Below are positions 28,110 through 37,087 of a stretch of 64,000 nucleotides of DNA, one piece after another. The stretch's first letter is position 1; every line of letters begins with the position of its first letter. Position numbers and translations under genes: made by a program. The notes beneath the pieces were generated by a model. The model did no database searches. It saw only the letters and a list, made by a program, of their open reading frames with translations, and was not told where the DNA came from. Source of the stretch: Gemmatimonadota bacterium (lineage in GTDB: Bacteria > Gemmatimonadota > Gemmatimonadetes > Palauibacterales > Palauibacteraceae); NCBI GenBank assembly GCA_046757885.1, contig JBHHZD010000009.1, positions 1,779-65,778 on the forward strand. The letters run 5' to 3'.

Positions 28110-29435
28110 ATGAGGACCATCGAGCGACGGATCTTCCTGAAGGAAGGCGCGGTCGCCCTCTTCGCCCTGGGCCTGCCGCCGGCGTTCCTGTCGCGGCCGC
28201 TGCTCGCGGGCACCGGGGGAAGCGACCGCCGGCGCACGCTCGTGTGCCTGTTCCAGCGCGGCGCGGTGGACGGCCTGAACATGGTCGTGCCGTTCGGCGA
28301 CGCGGCTTACTACAAACGCCGGCGATCCATCGCGATCCCCGCTCCCCGGCGGGGGAGCGATGAGGCGGCCCTCGACCTCGACGGCCGCTTCGGTCTCCAC
28401 CCCGCCCTCGCGCCCCTGCGGGATCTGTACGCGCGCTCGGAGCTCGCCGTCGTGCACGCCGTGGGATCCCCTCACCCGACGCGGTCACACTTCGACGCCC
28501 AGGATTTCATGGAATCCGGCACGCCGGGCGAGAAATCGACCCGCGACGGATGGCTGAATCGCGCGCTCGCGGCGACGCCGTGCGCCTGCGAGGGCCGCAC
28601 CCTGGCCTCGCCGGCGGCGCACGCCGCCGACCACGCGGGGGGCCAGGTCCTGATGGCGGATTCCCCCCTGCGGGGCATCGCGGTCGGTGGTGAGCTCCCC
28701 CGGATCCTGCGGGGAAGTCAGCCGACGCTCGCGATCCCGGACCTGAGCGGATTCGGGCTCGCCGGAGGCCGGGACCCGGGCCTCGAGGACGTGTTCGGGC
28801 GCATGTACCGGCGGGAAGGCGGCGACCTCATCGCATCCACGACGGACGGCGCCTTCGAGGCCGTCGAGAGGCTGCGGCGGGCGGATCCGGCGCGCTACCG
28901 GCCCGCGAGCGGAGTCGAGTACCCGCCGGGGACGTTCGGGCGCGCCCTGCGGCAGATCGCCCAGCTCATCAAGGCCGACGTGGGAATGGAGGTCGCCTTC
29001 GCCGACGTCGGGGGCTGGGACACGCACGTGGCGCAGGGCGGCACGCGAGGCCAGCTCGCGAACCGGCTCCGTCCGTTCGCGCAGGCCATTCGCGCCTTCC
29101 ACGACGATCTCGGCGATCGGATGGAGGATGTGGTCGTGCTCACGATGTCGGAGTTCGGCCGCACGGTGGCCGAGAACGGATCCGGGGGCACCGATCACGG
29201 CCACGCGAACTGCGTGTTCGTGCTCGGGGGCTCCGTGAAGGGCGGCCGCGTGCTCGGCGAGTGGCCCGGCCTGGAGCCGGAGCAGCTGTACGAGCGCCGC
29301 GACCTGGCCGTGACGACGGACTTTCGCGACGTGTTCGCGGAGGTCATCCGCCGCCACCTGGGCACGACCCGGCTCGAGGACGTCTTCCCCGGCCACTCGA
29401 TCGGCGCCCGGGAACCGATCCGCCTGTTCGGGTAG
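28110..29435 (+). CDS. DUF1501-family protein (sulfatase/alkaline-phosphatase-like, Tat signal)
   Basis: ATG at 28110 with GGAGGA upstream. ERRIFLKEGAVALFALG Tat-like signal. SHFDAQD, GWDTH and GTDHGH motifs. Confidence 0.85.
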   Translation: MRTIERRIFLKEGAVALFALGLPPAFLSRPLLAGTGGSDRRRTLVCLFQRGAVDGLNMVVPFGDAAYYKRRRSIAIPAPRRGSDEAALDLDGRFGLHPALAPLRDLYARSELAVVHAVGSPHPTRSHFDAQDFMESGTPGEKSTRDGWLNRALAATPCACEGRTLASPAAHAADHAGGQVLMADSPLRGIAVGGELPRILRGSQPTLAIPDLSGFGLAGGRDPGLEDVFGRMYRREGGDLIASTTDGAFEAVERLRRADPARYRPASGVEYPPGTFGRALRQIAQLIKADVGMEVAFADVGGWDTHVAQGGTRGQLANRLRPFAQAIRAFHDDLGDRMEDVVVLTMSEFGRTVAENGSGGTDHGHANCVFVLGGSVKGGRVLGEWPGLEPEQLYERRDLAVTTDFRDVFAEVIRRHLGTTRLEDVFPGHSIGAREPIRLFG

Positions 29436-29455
29436 GCCGCGGGTGCCGGATGTGA

Positions 29456-29489
29456 CGCGGGGGCGGCCACGCTCGTGACCGCCCCCGCG
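29456..29489 (+). terminator. Strong GC hairpin after the DUF1501 gene (terminator-like, no U tract)
   Basis: CGCGGGGGCGG (29456-29466) pairs with CCGCCCCCGCG (29479-29489): 11 bp with a 12-nt loop, 20 nt after the stop. Confidence 0.4.
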
Positions 29490-29807
29490 GCTCGGGTCCT
29501 CCTGCCGCCGCGAAGCACCTGGCCCCGCAGCTCGATGTCTCTATCGGCTCAGCCGAGCAGCCGCACGTGCAGCATCCGCGGCCGGCGCTCCAGCCACTTC
29601 GAATACAGCATCTTCCCTCCCCTGTCGCATGTATGGCCTGTCACCAGGCGAAACGGACGATCGGATCGTCCGGTCGTGCTTCCCTACGTGGAGACGTGAG
29701 GACGGGTTTCAACGCGCGGGCTGAGACCGGTCGTGCGACTTGCCGCGCAGCGCACGCCACCCGACCATCATCGCGGCGGCGCGCGACGATTCGGAGGGAG
29801 CGAACTC

Positions 29808-30632
29808 ATGCCGAAGCGCGAAGACACGGTCGTCATCACGGGCGCATCGACGGGGATCGGGGCCGCCTCGGCCGCCCTCCTCGTCGAGAGGGGGTACCGG
29901 GTGTTCGGCTCCGTCCGGCGAGACGAGGATGAGGCGGCGCTGAGGGAGAGGGGAGCCACACCCATCCGGATGGACGTGACGGATCTCGAGAGCATCCAGC
30001 GTGCGGCGGCCGCGGTGGCCGACAGCCTGGACGGGGAGGGCCTCGTGGGTCTCGTGAACAACGCCGGCGTGCCGGGCGGAGGCCCGCTCGAGCTGCTCCC
30101 CCTCTCCGAGCTCCGTCGCGTGCTGGAGGTCAACACGATCGGGGTCCTCGCGGTCACGCAGGCCTTCCTCCCCCTCCTGCGGCGGGCGGGCGGACGCATC
30201 GTCAACGTGAGTTCCGTCTCCGGCCGGGTCGCGATGCCGTTCATGGGCCCCTACGCCGCGTCCAAGTTCGCCCTCGAGGCCCTGTCCGACTGTCTGCGGC
30301 GTGAGCTCGCGCAGGCTGGCATCCGGGTCATCGTCCTCGAGCCGGGCCCCGTGGAGACTCCGATCTGGGAGAAGGCGGCGTCCCTGGATACCGGGCACTA
30401 CGCCGAGAGCGAGTACGGGCCGCCTCTCGAGCGCCTCCTGCGGCAGGCCACGGCGGAAGGCGGTCGCCTGCCGGTGGAGACGATCGCGAGCGCCGTCCTG
30501 GACGCCCTCACCCGGCGGCGGCCTCCGACCCGGGTTCTCCTCGTGCCCGGGAGCCGGCTCATGGCGCGCCTGGCGCGCCTTCTGCCGGACCGATGGCTGG
30601 ACGGGATCGTCGCCCGGCGGCTTCGGACCTAG
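29808..30632 (+). CDS. Short-chain dehydrogenase/reductase (SDR)
   Basis: ATG at 29808 with GGAGGGA upstream. TGASTGIG cofactor motif, NNAG, YAASK catalytic motif. Confidence 0.9.
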   Translation: MPKREDTVVITGASTGIGAASAALLVERGYRVFGSVRRDEDEAALRERGATPIRMDVTDLESIQRAAAAVADSLDGEGLVGLVNNAGVPGGGPLELLPLSELRRVLEVNTIGVLAVTQAFLPLLRRAGGRIVNVSSVSGRVAMPFMGPYAASKFALEALSDCLRRELAQAGIRVIVLEPGPVETPIWEKAASLDTGHYAESEYGPPLERLLRQATAEGGRLPVETIASAVLDALTRRRPPTRVLLVPGSRLMARLARLLPDRWLDGIVARRLRT

Positions 30633-30874
30633 GTCTCGCCGGCAGTCCCCGCGGCGCGAATGCGTCGCCTCTGCCCCCCGGTCGCCATGTCGCGGGCGAC
30701 GACCTCTCCGACGATGGACACCCTTCCTCCGAGCACGGCGGCTGCGATGAGGGCGGCCTGCGAGTCCAGCCACTCGGCATCGTCGACTTGAATGAGGATG
30801 GGCTGCTCTTCCGCAGCGGCTCGCAGGACCTCGCTGAGAGCTCGGGCCGGAGCGCTGGACTTCGAGTCCGACAT
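30629..30874 (-). other. Possible gene remnant: 81-aa ORF resembling the Walker-B region of AAA_16/LuxR-type large ATPases
   Basis: ALSEVLRAAAEEQPILIQVDDAEWLDSQAALI resembles the ...PLVLVLDDLHWAD..S..LL segment. No Walker A upstream, a weak SD, and a 4-nt overlap with the end of the SDR gene. Confidence 0.3.
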
Positions 30875-31051
30875 CTCGTCGGCGAACGCATCGGCCCAGG
30901 CGGACGAGAACTCGTCAGACTAACCAGCGGGATCCCGGAGGGTCAACCGGGCGCTCGCAGGAGGGTCGGGGGAATTCGGCGAGGATTCTTGCCCGAATCG
31001 GAGCCCGACGCCTAGCTTCCGGATCGCAGCTCGCTCCGCTCCGGTCCGCTC

Positions 31052-31477
31052 GTGCTCCATCAGAGGGTCGGTCCATTGCCAGATGCCCCGCCGCTTCCGC
31101 GCTCGCCGTTCCGAGCCGTCACGCGGAGCTTCGTGCCCGAGGCGGGCGACCTGTCGGAGGCCCAGTGGCGGGACGTCGAGGCGCTCGTCGCGCGAGCCAT
31201 CTCGCGGCGCCCCCCCGGGATCCGGCGCCGGGTCGCCCTCCTGCTTCGGCTTCTCGACGGGCTCGCGTTCCTCGGGCACGGCCGGCGCCTGGCCCGCCTC
31301 GATGCCGGCCGCCGAACCCGCTTCCTCGAGCGGCTCCAGGACTCGGGATCGCCGACTCTGCGGAGCGGCATCTGGGGCCTTCGCACGCTCTCCTTCCTGG
31401 GATACTACGGCCGTGCCGAGGTGGCGACCGAGCTCGGCTACGCGGCCCGGGCGGGCGGCTGGAGCGCGCTCGAGTGA
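31052..31477 (+). CDS. Small accessory subunit typical of GMC-oxidoreductase operons (gluconate 2-dehydrogenase subunit-3-like)
   Basis: 141 aa from GTG at 31052. The stop overlaps the GMC start (GTGA). C-terminal ...LRTLSFLGYYGRAEVATELGY pattern. No clear Tat signal, so the start is uncertain. Confidence 0.55.
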   Translation: MLHQRVGPLPDAPPLPRSPFRAVTRSFVPEAGDLSEAQWRDVEALVARAISRRPPGIRRRVALLLRLLDGLAFLGHGRRLARLDAGRRTRFLERLQDSGSPTLRSGIWGLRTLSFLGYYGRAEVATELGYAARAGGWSALE

Positions 31478-33012
31478 GGCTCGAATCCTGCGACGTTCTC
31501 GTCATCGGCTCGGGCGCGGGTGGGGGCACCGTGGCCCGGGAGCTCATCCCCCTCTCGCGGGACGGCCGGCGCGTGATCGTCCTGGAGCAGGGGGCGAAGC
31601 TCGCCGACGACGAGTTCACGGGCCGCGAGCTCGAGATGGCCGAGGCGCTCTACGAGGCGGGGGGCGGGTTCCTGACGGCAGATCGGACCATGACGCTCGC
31701 GTTCGGGCGCACGTACGGCGGATCCACTGCCGTCTACACCGGCACGTCGCTCGTCGCCCCGAAGAGGATCATCGAGGGGTGGGACGTGCCCGGGCTCGCG
31801 CACGCGGACGTGGCGCGGCGCGCGGCGCGCTACATGGCCGAGAACCACGTGCACCTGCTTCCCCCCGAGGAGATCAACGAGAACAACGACCGGTTCGTGG
31901 AGGGCTGCGACCGGCTGGGCCTCCGGGCCGAGCAATTTCCGGTCAACGTGAAGGGTTGCCGCGGATCGAGCCTGTGCAACCTGGGCTGCCCGAACCGCGC
32001 GAAGCAGGGGACGGATCGCGTGCAGCTCCCGGCGGCCGAGCGGGCCGGCGTGGAGGTCGTGACGAGAGCCGAAGTCGTGCGCCTGGAGGAGCGGGCCGCC
32101 GTCGTCCGGGTCCGAGAGGGGCAACCGGGCGAGAAGGGCGGACCGTCCGAGTGGGCGCCGGGCGACGTGCGCGTGCGCGCCCGGATCGTCGTGCTGGCAG
32201 CGGGGGCCGTCGGATCGCCCGCCCTGCTCCTCCGCTCACCGACCGTCGCGGCTCCGCGGCGCACCGGCCTCGGCTTCACGTGCCACCCGGCCCTCATCCT
32301 GGTCGCCGAGCACCCCCGCCCGATCACGAACGACGTGGGGCACCCGAAGAGCTTCTACCTGGACCGGAGCGCCGAGGAAGGGTTCGTCCTGGAGACCTGC
32401 ATGTACTTCCCGTTCGTGACGGCCAAGAACCTCACCGGCTTCGGCGTCGATCACGGCCGCGTCATGCGCGCGTTCCCGCGCCTGCAGATGATCCTCGTTC
32501 TCGCGTGCGACCGCGCGAGGGACGAGAACCGGGTGACGGTCGACCGGTCCGGGGCGCCCGTCGTTCACTATCGCTGTTCCGACGAGGTCATCCGATCCCT
32601 CGCCCGCGCAAACCGGCTGGCGACCCGGATCTTCTTCGCGGCGGGGGCCGTCCGCGCACACGCCCCGCTCGCCCGTCCCCACGTCATCGAGCGGGAGGAG
32701 GCGGATCAGCTCGAGGCGCGGGTTCACGAGCGTCACTTCCTCCCCGGGACGACGTCCCTGTCTGCCGCGCACCTGATGGGGGGCTGTGGCATGGGCCAGG
32801 ACGAGAGCAACTCCGTGACGGACGGCCGCGGCCGGGTGCACGGCCTGCCGTGGCTCCGGGTCGCGGATGCGAGCCTGTTCCCGGATGCCCTCCACATCAA
32901 TCCCTACCTCACCGTGATGGTCCTCGCCGGAAGAGCGGCGGACGGTGTCCTCGGGGACCTCGGGTCGATGCCCGATCGAGACGACGCGGCGCCGGGAAGG
33001 GAGACCGCATGA
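31474..33012 (+). CDS. GMC-family FAD oxidoreductase
   Basis: GTG at 31474. DVLVIGSGAGGG Rossmann motif. C-terminal HLMGGCGMG...VADASLFP GMC signature. Confidence 0.9.
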   Translation: MRLESCDVLVIGSGAGGGTVARELIPLSRDGRRVIVLEQGAKLADDEFTGRELEMAEALYEAGGGFLTADRTMTLAFGRTYGGSTAVYTGTSLVAPKRIIEGWDVPGLAHADVARRAARYMAENHVHLLPPEEINENNDRFVEGCDRLGLRAEQFPVNVKGCRGSSLCNLGCPNRAKQGTDRVQLPAAERAGVEVVTRAEVVRLEERAAVVRVREGQPGEKGGPSEWAPGDVRVRARIVVLAAGAVGSPALLLRSPTVAAPRRTGLGFTCHPALILVAEHPRPITNDVGHPKSFYLDRSAEEGFVLETCMYFPFVTAKNLTGFGVDHGRVMRAFPRLQMILVLACDRARDENRVTVDRSGAPVVHYRCSDEVIRSLARANRLATRIFFAAGAVRAHAPLARPHVIEREEADQLEARVHERHFLPGTTSLSAAHLMGGCGMGQDESNSVTDGRGRVHGLPWLRVADASLFPDALHINPYLTVMVLAGRAADGVLGDLGSMPDRDDAAPGRETA

Positions 33013-34814
33013 TACCCGTGGGCGCGAAGGCCGTGGTCCGAGCCCTGGAAGACGAGGGCGTCCCGTTCGCGTTCGGCATCCCGGGCACGCACAACATAGA
33101 GCTGTACGACGCCCTCGGGCGATCCTCCTCCGTCCGCCCGGTCCTCGTGACGGACGAGCGGAGCGCCGCCTTCATGGCCGACGGACTCTGGCGGGCGTCG
33201 GGACGGCTCGGGTGCCTGAACGTCGTGCCGGGCGCCGGCCTGACGCACGCGCTCTCCGGCGTGGCGGAGGCCTACCTGGACAACGTCCCGGTGCTCGTGC
33301 TCGGGTGCGGCGTGCGCCGGGACTCCGGGCGCGCGTTCCAGCTCCACGACATCGACCAGGCGGCCCTGGCCCGTCCCGTGACGAAGGCCGTCGTTCGGCC
33401 CCTCGAGGGTGCCGAGATCTACCCGGCCGTGCGGCGGGCGTGCGCGCTGGCCCGCGAGGGCGCGCCCGGTCCCGTCATGGTCGAGATCCCGGCGGACCTC
33501 TACCTCGTGCCCGGCCGGGGCGCGGCGGGCGGAGCCCCGGGGTCGGCGGAGGGAGCTCCCACGAAGGCGCCCGGTTCCCCGGGGGGGGGCGACCGGGATG
33601 GCGGTGCCCGGGCGACCGGCCCGGCCGAGCCCGCCGCGGAGCTCGTGGAGCGAGCCGCGGCCCGGCTCCGGGCCGCGCGTCGTCCGCTCCTGTACGTGGG
33701 CGCCGGAGCGGCGGCGGCCGCCCCGGAGCTCGTCCGGCTCGCGGAGCGCCTCGAGATGCCCGTCGCCTCCACGCTCCAGGGAAAGGGCGTGTTTCCCGAG
33801 TCGCATCCGCTCTTCCTGTGGCCGGGCTTCGGCGACGCCGCCCCGGCGTTCGCGCGGCGCGCCGCCCGCGGCTGTGACGCCACGCTCGCCATCGGGTGTC
33901 GGTTCAGCGAGGTCGGGACCGGCAGCTATGGGATCGACCCGCCCCGACCCCTCGTGCACGTGGACATCGACCCGGTTGTCTTCGGCAGAAACTATCAGGC
34001 CGACGTCGCGATCCGGGCGGACGCCGGCGCCTTCGCGCGGGCCCTGCTCGAACGGATCGGCACCGACCCGCCGCCGGCGCCCGACGAGGCACTGCGGCGG
34101 GCGATCCGGGAGGGCCACGAGGAGGTGTGGAGGAAGTGGCTGGAGGCGGCCCGGGGGGACGGCGTGTCGCCGGCGCGCCTCCTGCGGTCCCTGCAGGAGG
34201 GCCTCGGAGGCGACGCCGTATTCGTGACCGACAGCGGGAACGGCACGTTTCTCGCCGCCGAGTGCCTGCGGTTGGACCGGCCCGGTTGCTTCCTCGCTCC
34301 GGTCGACTTCTCCTGCATGGGCTACTCCGTCCCCGCCGCGATCGGGGCGAGCCTCGGCCGGCCCGGCGACCCCGTCGTGGCGCTCGTCGGGGACGGAGCG
34401 TTTCTCATGACCGGGCTCGAGCTCCTCACGGCGGCCGGGAGCGGGATCGGAGCTGCGTTCCTCGTGCTTCGGGACCGGGAGCTGGCGCAGATCGCCCAGT
34501 TTCAGCGAACGGCCCTGAACCGCCCCACGTGCAGCCGGCTCCCGGACTACGACCTGGAGGCCCTCTGCCGGGGAGTCGGCGTCGAGCACCGGAAGCTCGC
34601 CGCGAACGACGGGATCGATGCCGCCGTCGCGCACGTGGCGGACCGCCTTCGCGCGGGCGATCCGATCGTCCTGGAGGTCCAGATCGACTACTCGGAAAAG
34701 ACCTATTTCACCCGCGGCGTGGTGCGAACGAACTTCGCCCGCCTGCCCTGGGCCGACCGGCTCCGCTTCCTCACCCGGGCCCTGACCCGCCGGCTTTCGG
34801 TCAGCGGCCGCTGA
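33009..34814 (+). CDS. Thiamine-pyrophosphate-dependent enzyme (acetolactate-synthase-large-subunit-like)
   Basis: ATG at 33009 overlaps the GMC stop (ATGA). N-terminal VRALEDEGVPFAFGIPG, central domain, and the C-terminal GDGAFLM TPP motif. Unusual Gly/Ala/Pro-rich ~40-aa linker at about 33514-33640. Confidence 0.9.
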   Translation: MIPVGAKAVVRALEDEGVPFAFGIPGTHNIELYDALGRSSSVRPVLVTDERSAAFMADGLWRASGRLGCLNVVPGAGLTHALSGVAEAYLDNVPVLVLGCGVRRDSGRAFQLHDIDQAALARPVTKAVVRPLEGAEIYPAVRRACALAREGAPGPVMVEIPADLYLVPGRGAAGGAPGSAEGAPTKAPGSPGGGDRDGGARATGPAEPAAELVERAAARLRAARRPLLYVGAGAAAAAPELVRLAERLEMPVASTLQGKGVFPESHPLFLWPGFGDAAPAFARRAARGCDATLAIGCRFSEVGTGSYGIDPPRPLVHVDIDPVVFGRNYQADVAIRADAGAFARALLERIGTDPPPAPDEALRRAIREGHEEVWRKWLEAARGDGVSPARLLRSLQEGLGGDAVFVTDSGNGTFLAAECLRLDRPGCFLAPVDFSCMGYSVPAAIGASLGRPGDPVVALVGDGAFLMTGLELLTAAGSGIGAAFLVLRDRELAQIAQFQRTALNRPTCSRLPDYDLEALCRGVGVEHRKLAANDGIDAAVAHVADRLRAGDPIVLEVQIDYSEKTYFTRGVVRTNFARLPWADRLRFLTRALTRRLSVSGR

Positions 34815-36624
34815 CGTAGGCGTGATCGAGGTATTGATACATGTCCTGCACGATCGTGTCGCCGGTGCCACCCCAGGTGGGATTGAACTTCACGATCGAC
34901 CACCAGTGCGACACGCCGGTACCGCTGAAGCGTACGTTCGTGTAGTTGATCACCCGCACGCCGTCGATCCACAGACGGGCGATGCCGTCCGCGTTGCCGC
35001 CCGTGTTGTACTTCAGGTACACCTCCCAGTGTACCCACTGGCCGCGCGCCAGAACGGCCGAGGCCTGGTTCTCGTTGGGACCCAGGTTCCGGGCGAGTCC
35101 CGCCTCCTGCAGTCGAATCTGGGGCTCGAACGGCCCCGCTCCCGTGCCCTGGAAAGAGAGATACGCGGGGCGGGAAGAGGAGCCTGGCCTCTGCAGGAAG
35201 AACATCTTGTTCACCCCCGATTTGTGCCCCTGCCAATTCGCGGATACACGGTGCCAGAAGGAGAGGTAGATCTCCCTGGACTGCCGCAGGCCGGGACTTC
35301 CGACGTTGGTCCCGTGCGCGACGCCGCCGGATCCGCCGGCCGGGAACAGCGCCGCCCCGACTCCGGAGGGCGAGGCCGGCGCGCCCGGGTCCGACACGAT
35401 GGACCAGTTCGCGTTGCTGAAGTTCGTCCAGCGGTCTTCCCCGAACGCGTCGAACGGCCGCTCCGTGATCGGCGTCATCCCCGCCGGCTCGTTCGGGTGC
35501 CCCGCACTCTGCGACGGCGGGGGGGGCGCGCTCGTGCGAGCCGAGGCCACGTTCGAGAGCGGCCCGTCCACCCGGCCGACCGCGTCCACCCGGAAGGCGA
35601 CGAGCGCAAATTCGTAGTCCGTGGAGGGGTTGAGCCCGTCCACCCGGCAGAGCACGAGCGTGCCCGGCCCGGATCCGGCGAGCGAGCCGCAGCTGCCGCT
35701 CACCGGGGCGGCCGCGTCCCAGCCGAACGGCGGACTTCCGGCGCGCACTTCGTAGGTGGCCGCCGCTCCCGTCCCGTCATCGGCCTCCGTGAAGGACAGG
35801 GTCACCCCGCTCGCGTCCACGCCCGTCACCCAGAGGTCCGTCACCTGCCCGGGCGGCGGATCCGGCACGCGCACCGAGGCCGTGTCGGCGTGGCTCCCGC
35901 CGGCGGCCATGACCGTGACGGAGCCCGGAGCCAGGGCCCGCACGACCCCACTGTCGTCCACGATGGCGACGGCCGGATCCGAGGACGACCACGAGACGCC
36001 CGCGTCCAGGGTGTCGCCGGCCGAGCCGAGCAGGGTCGCTGAGAGAGCGACGGTGCGGCCGGTCGGAAGCTCGACGGAATCCGGCCACACGACGACGGCC
36101 ACGACCGTGTCCACCGGCGGCGGAGCAGCCGAGCCCGGGGCGGACGGGCCGCTCGAGGAGTCCGCCGGAGGCGCGGAGGGCGTAGCCGCCCTCACCCGAA
36201 TCGTCGCCGTCGCACGTCGCTCCTCGTGCGACGCCGTGATCACGACCTGCCCCTGCCGCCGGGCCCTCACGACGCCGCTGTCCGAGACGGAGGCGATGTC
36301 GACGTCCGAGCTCTTCCAGCGGATCCTCCGGTTCTCCATCGGGTGGGAGGCGGCGTCCAGCACCGTCGCCCGGAGCGCGACCGTCTGGCCCGGGTCCAGC
36401 GTCACGCTGGCCGGCGCGACCTCGACCGAAGCGATGGCGGGGGCGGGAGCCGTGGCAGGCGGATCGGCAGCGGGGGGCCCGGCGATCGAGCTCGACCCTC
36501 CGCTGCACCCGACGACCCCGAGCCCCGCGATCCAGGCGAAGAGGGCGTTCCGTCCCCGACGGCGGAGAAGGGAGATCGCTCGCGCGTGAGCGAGAAAAGA
36601 GAGGAGCAGGTGAACGGCCGACAT
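34801..36624 (-). CDS. Lipoprotein with two Big_2 domains, an FN3-like domain and a C-terminal jelly-roll (polysaccharide-lyase/LamG-like) domain
   Basis: ATG at 36624. Lipobox GVVGC. Two repeats of the type V.P..V.L..G.T..L.A...D..G......V.W.SSD..IA.V...G. The FN3-like segment is followed by ...WVHWEVYLKYNTGGNADGIARLWIDG. The 3' end overlaps the TPP gene convergently by 14 nt. Confidence 0.8.
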   Translation of the reverse strand: MSAVHLLLSFLAHARAISLLRRRGRNALFAWIAGLGVVGCSGGSSSIAGPPAADPPATAPAPAIASVEVAPASVTLDPGQTVALRATVLDAASHPMENRRIRWKSSDVDIASVSDSGVVRARRQGQVVITASHEERRATATIRVRAATPSAPPADSSSGPSAPGSAAPPPVDTVVAVVVWPDSVELPTGRTVALSATLLGSAGDTLDAGVSWSSSDPAVAIVDDSGVVRALAPGSVTVMAAGGSHADTASVRVPDPPPGQVTDLWVTGVDASGVTLSFTEADDGTGAAATYEVRAGSPPFGWDAAAPVSGSCGSLAGSGPGTLVLCRVDGLNPSTDYEFALVAFRVDAVGRVDGPLSNVASARTSAPPPPSQSAGHPNEPAGMTPITERPFDAFGEDRWTNFSNANWSIVSDPGAPASPSGVGAALFPAGGSGGVAHGTNVGSPGLRQSREIYLSFWHRVSANWQGHKSGVNKMFFLQRPGSSSRPAYLSFQGTGAGPFEPQIRLQEAGLARNLGPNENQASAVLARGQWVHWEVYLKYNTGGNADGIARLWIDGVRVINYTNVRFSGTGVSHWWSIVKFNPTWGGTGDTIVQDMYQYLDHAYVSGR

Positions 36625-37087
36625 GTTCCGACTCCCGTCGACGGCGATCGTGTGGCCGGAGCCGGCCTTTCCGGCTCCGGCGTGGCCGTCCACGACCTGC
36701 GTCGCATCGGGAATCGGACGGGAGGCGCACACCCCTCCCGTTCGATCCGAAGCTCATCCCACTGGCAGCCCGACCGGCGTGGCAGCAAGCGCTGCGGTAG
36801 CCTCGCGGCTTTGCGTCCCCGGCTTTCGCCGGGTTTGCCCTGAGACAGCGGACGGCTCGCGGGCGCTCTCGCACCCTGCACGGATTCCTTGCGAAATGCG
36901 TGCCTCTCTGTATCAGACGATGAAATAGAGACTTATGATCCCGGCACTCCGGGGCCGGGCGAAAGCCCGTTCACAGGTGTGCTACTTGTTGACCCGACCC
37001 GGGGCGGCCGACTTTACACCCGGCGGCCCGCTTCCTATTCTGGCGGGGCTCGAGTTCCTGCTCTCCCTCTGACGCCGGAGGAGTACC

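Noticed and set aside
29549-29611. 20-codon minus-strand ORF (MLYSKWLERRPRMLHVRLLG) with a GGAGGGAAG just upstream, in the 372-nt spacer before the SDR gene
   Set aside because: It is too short to support from sequence alone. The SD-ATG spacing is only ~4 nt, and I know of no conservation information or recognisable leader-peptide logic. It is noted only as a candidate for ribosome profiling.
31083-33008. First ~640 codons of the 1243-aa plus-strand ORF
   Set aside because: This part is an out-of-frame shadow across the small-subunit and GMC genes (Arg/Gly/Pro-rich). The real TPP enzyme starts at the ATG at 33009, which overlaps the GMC stop.
36775-36800. Sigma54-like TGGCAG-N5-GCTGC upstream of lemA
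   Set aside because: The -12 element lacks the TTGC core and the site is ~290 nt from the nearest start codon. No enhancer-binding protein gene is nearby.
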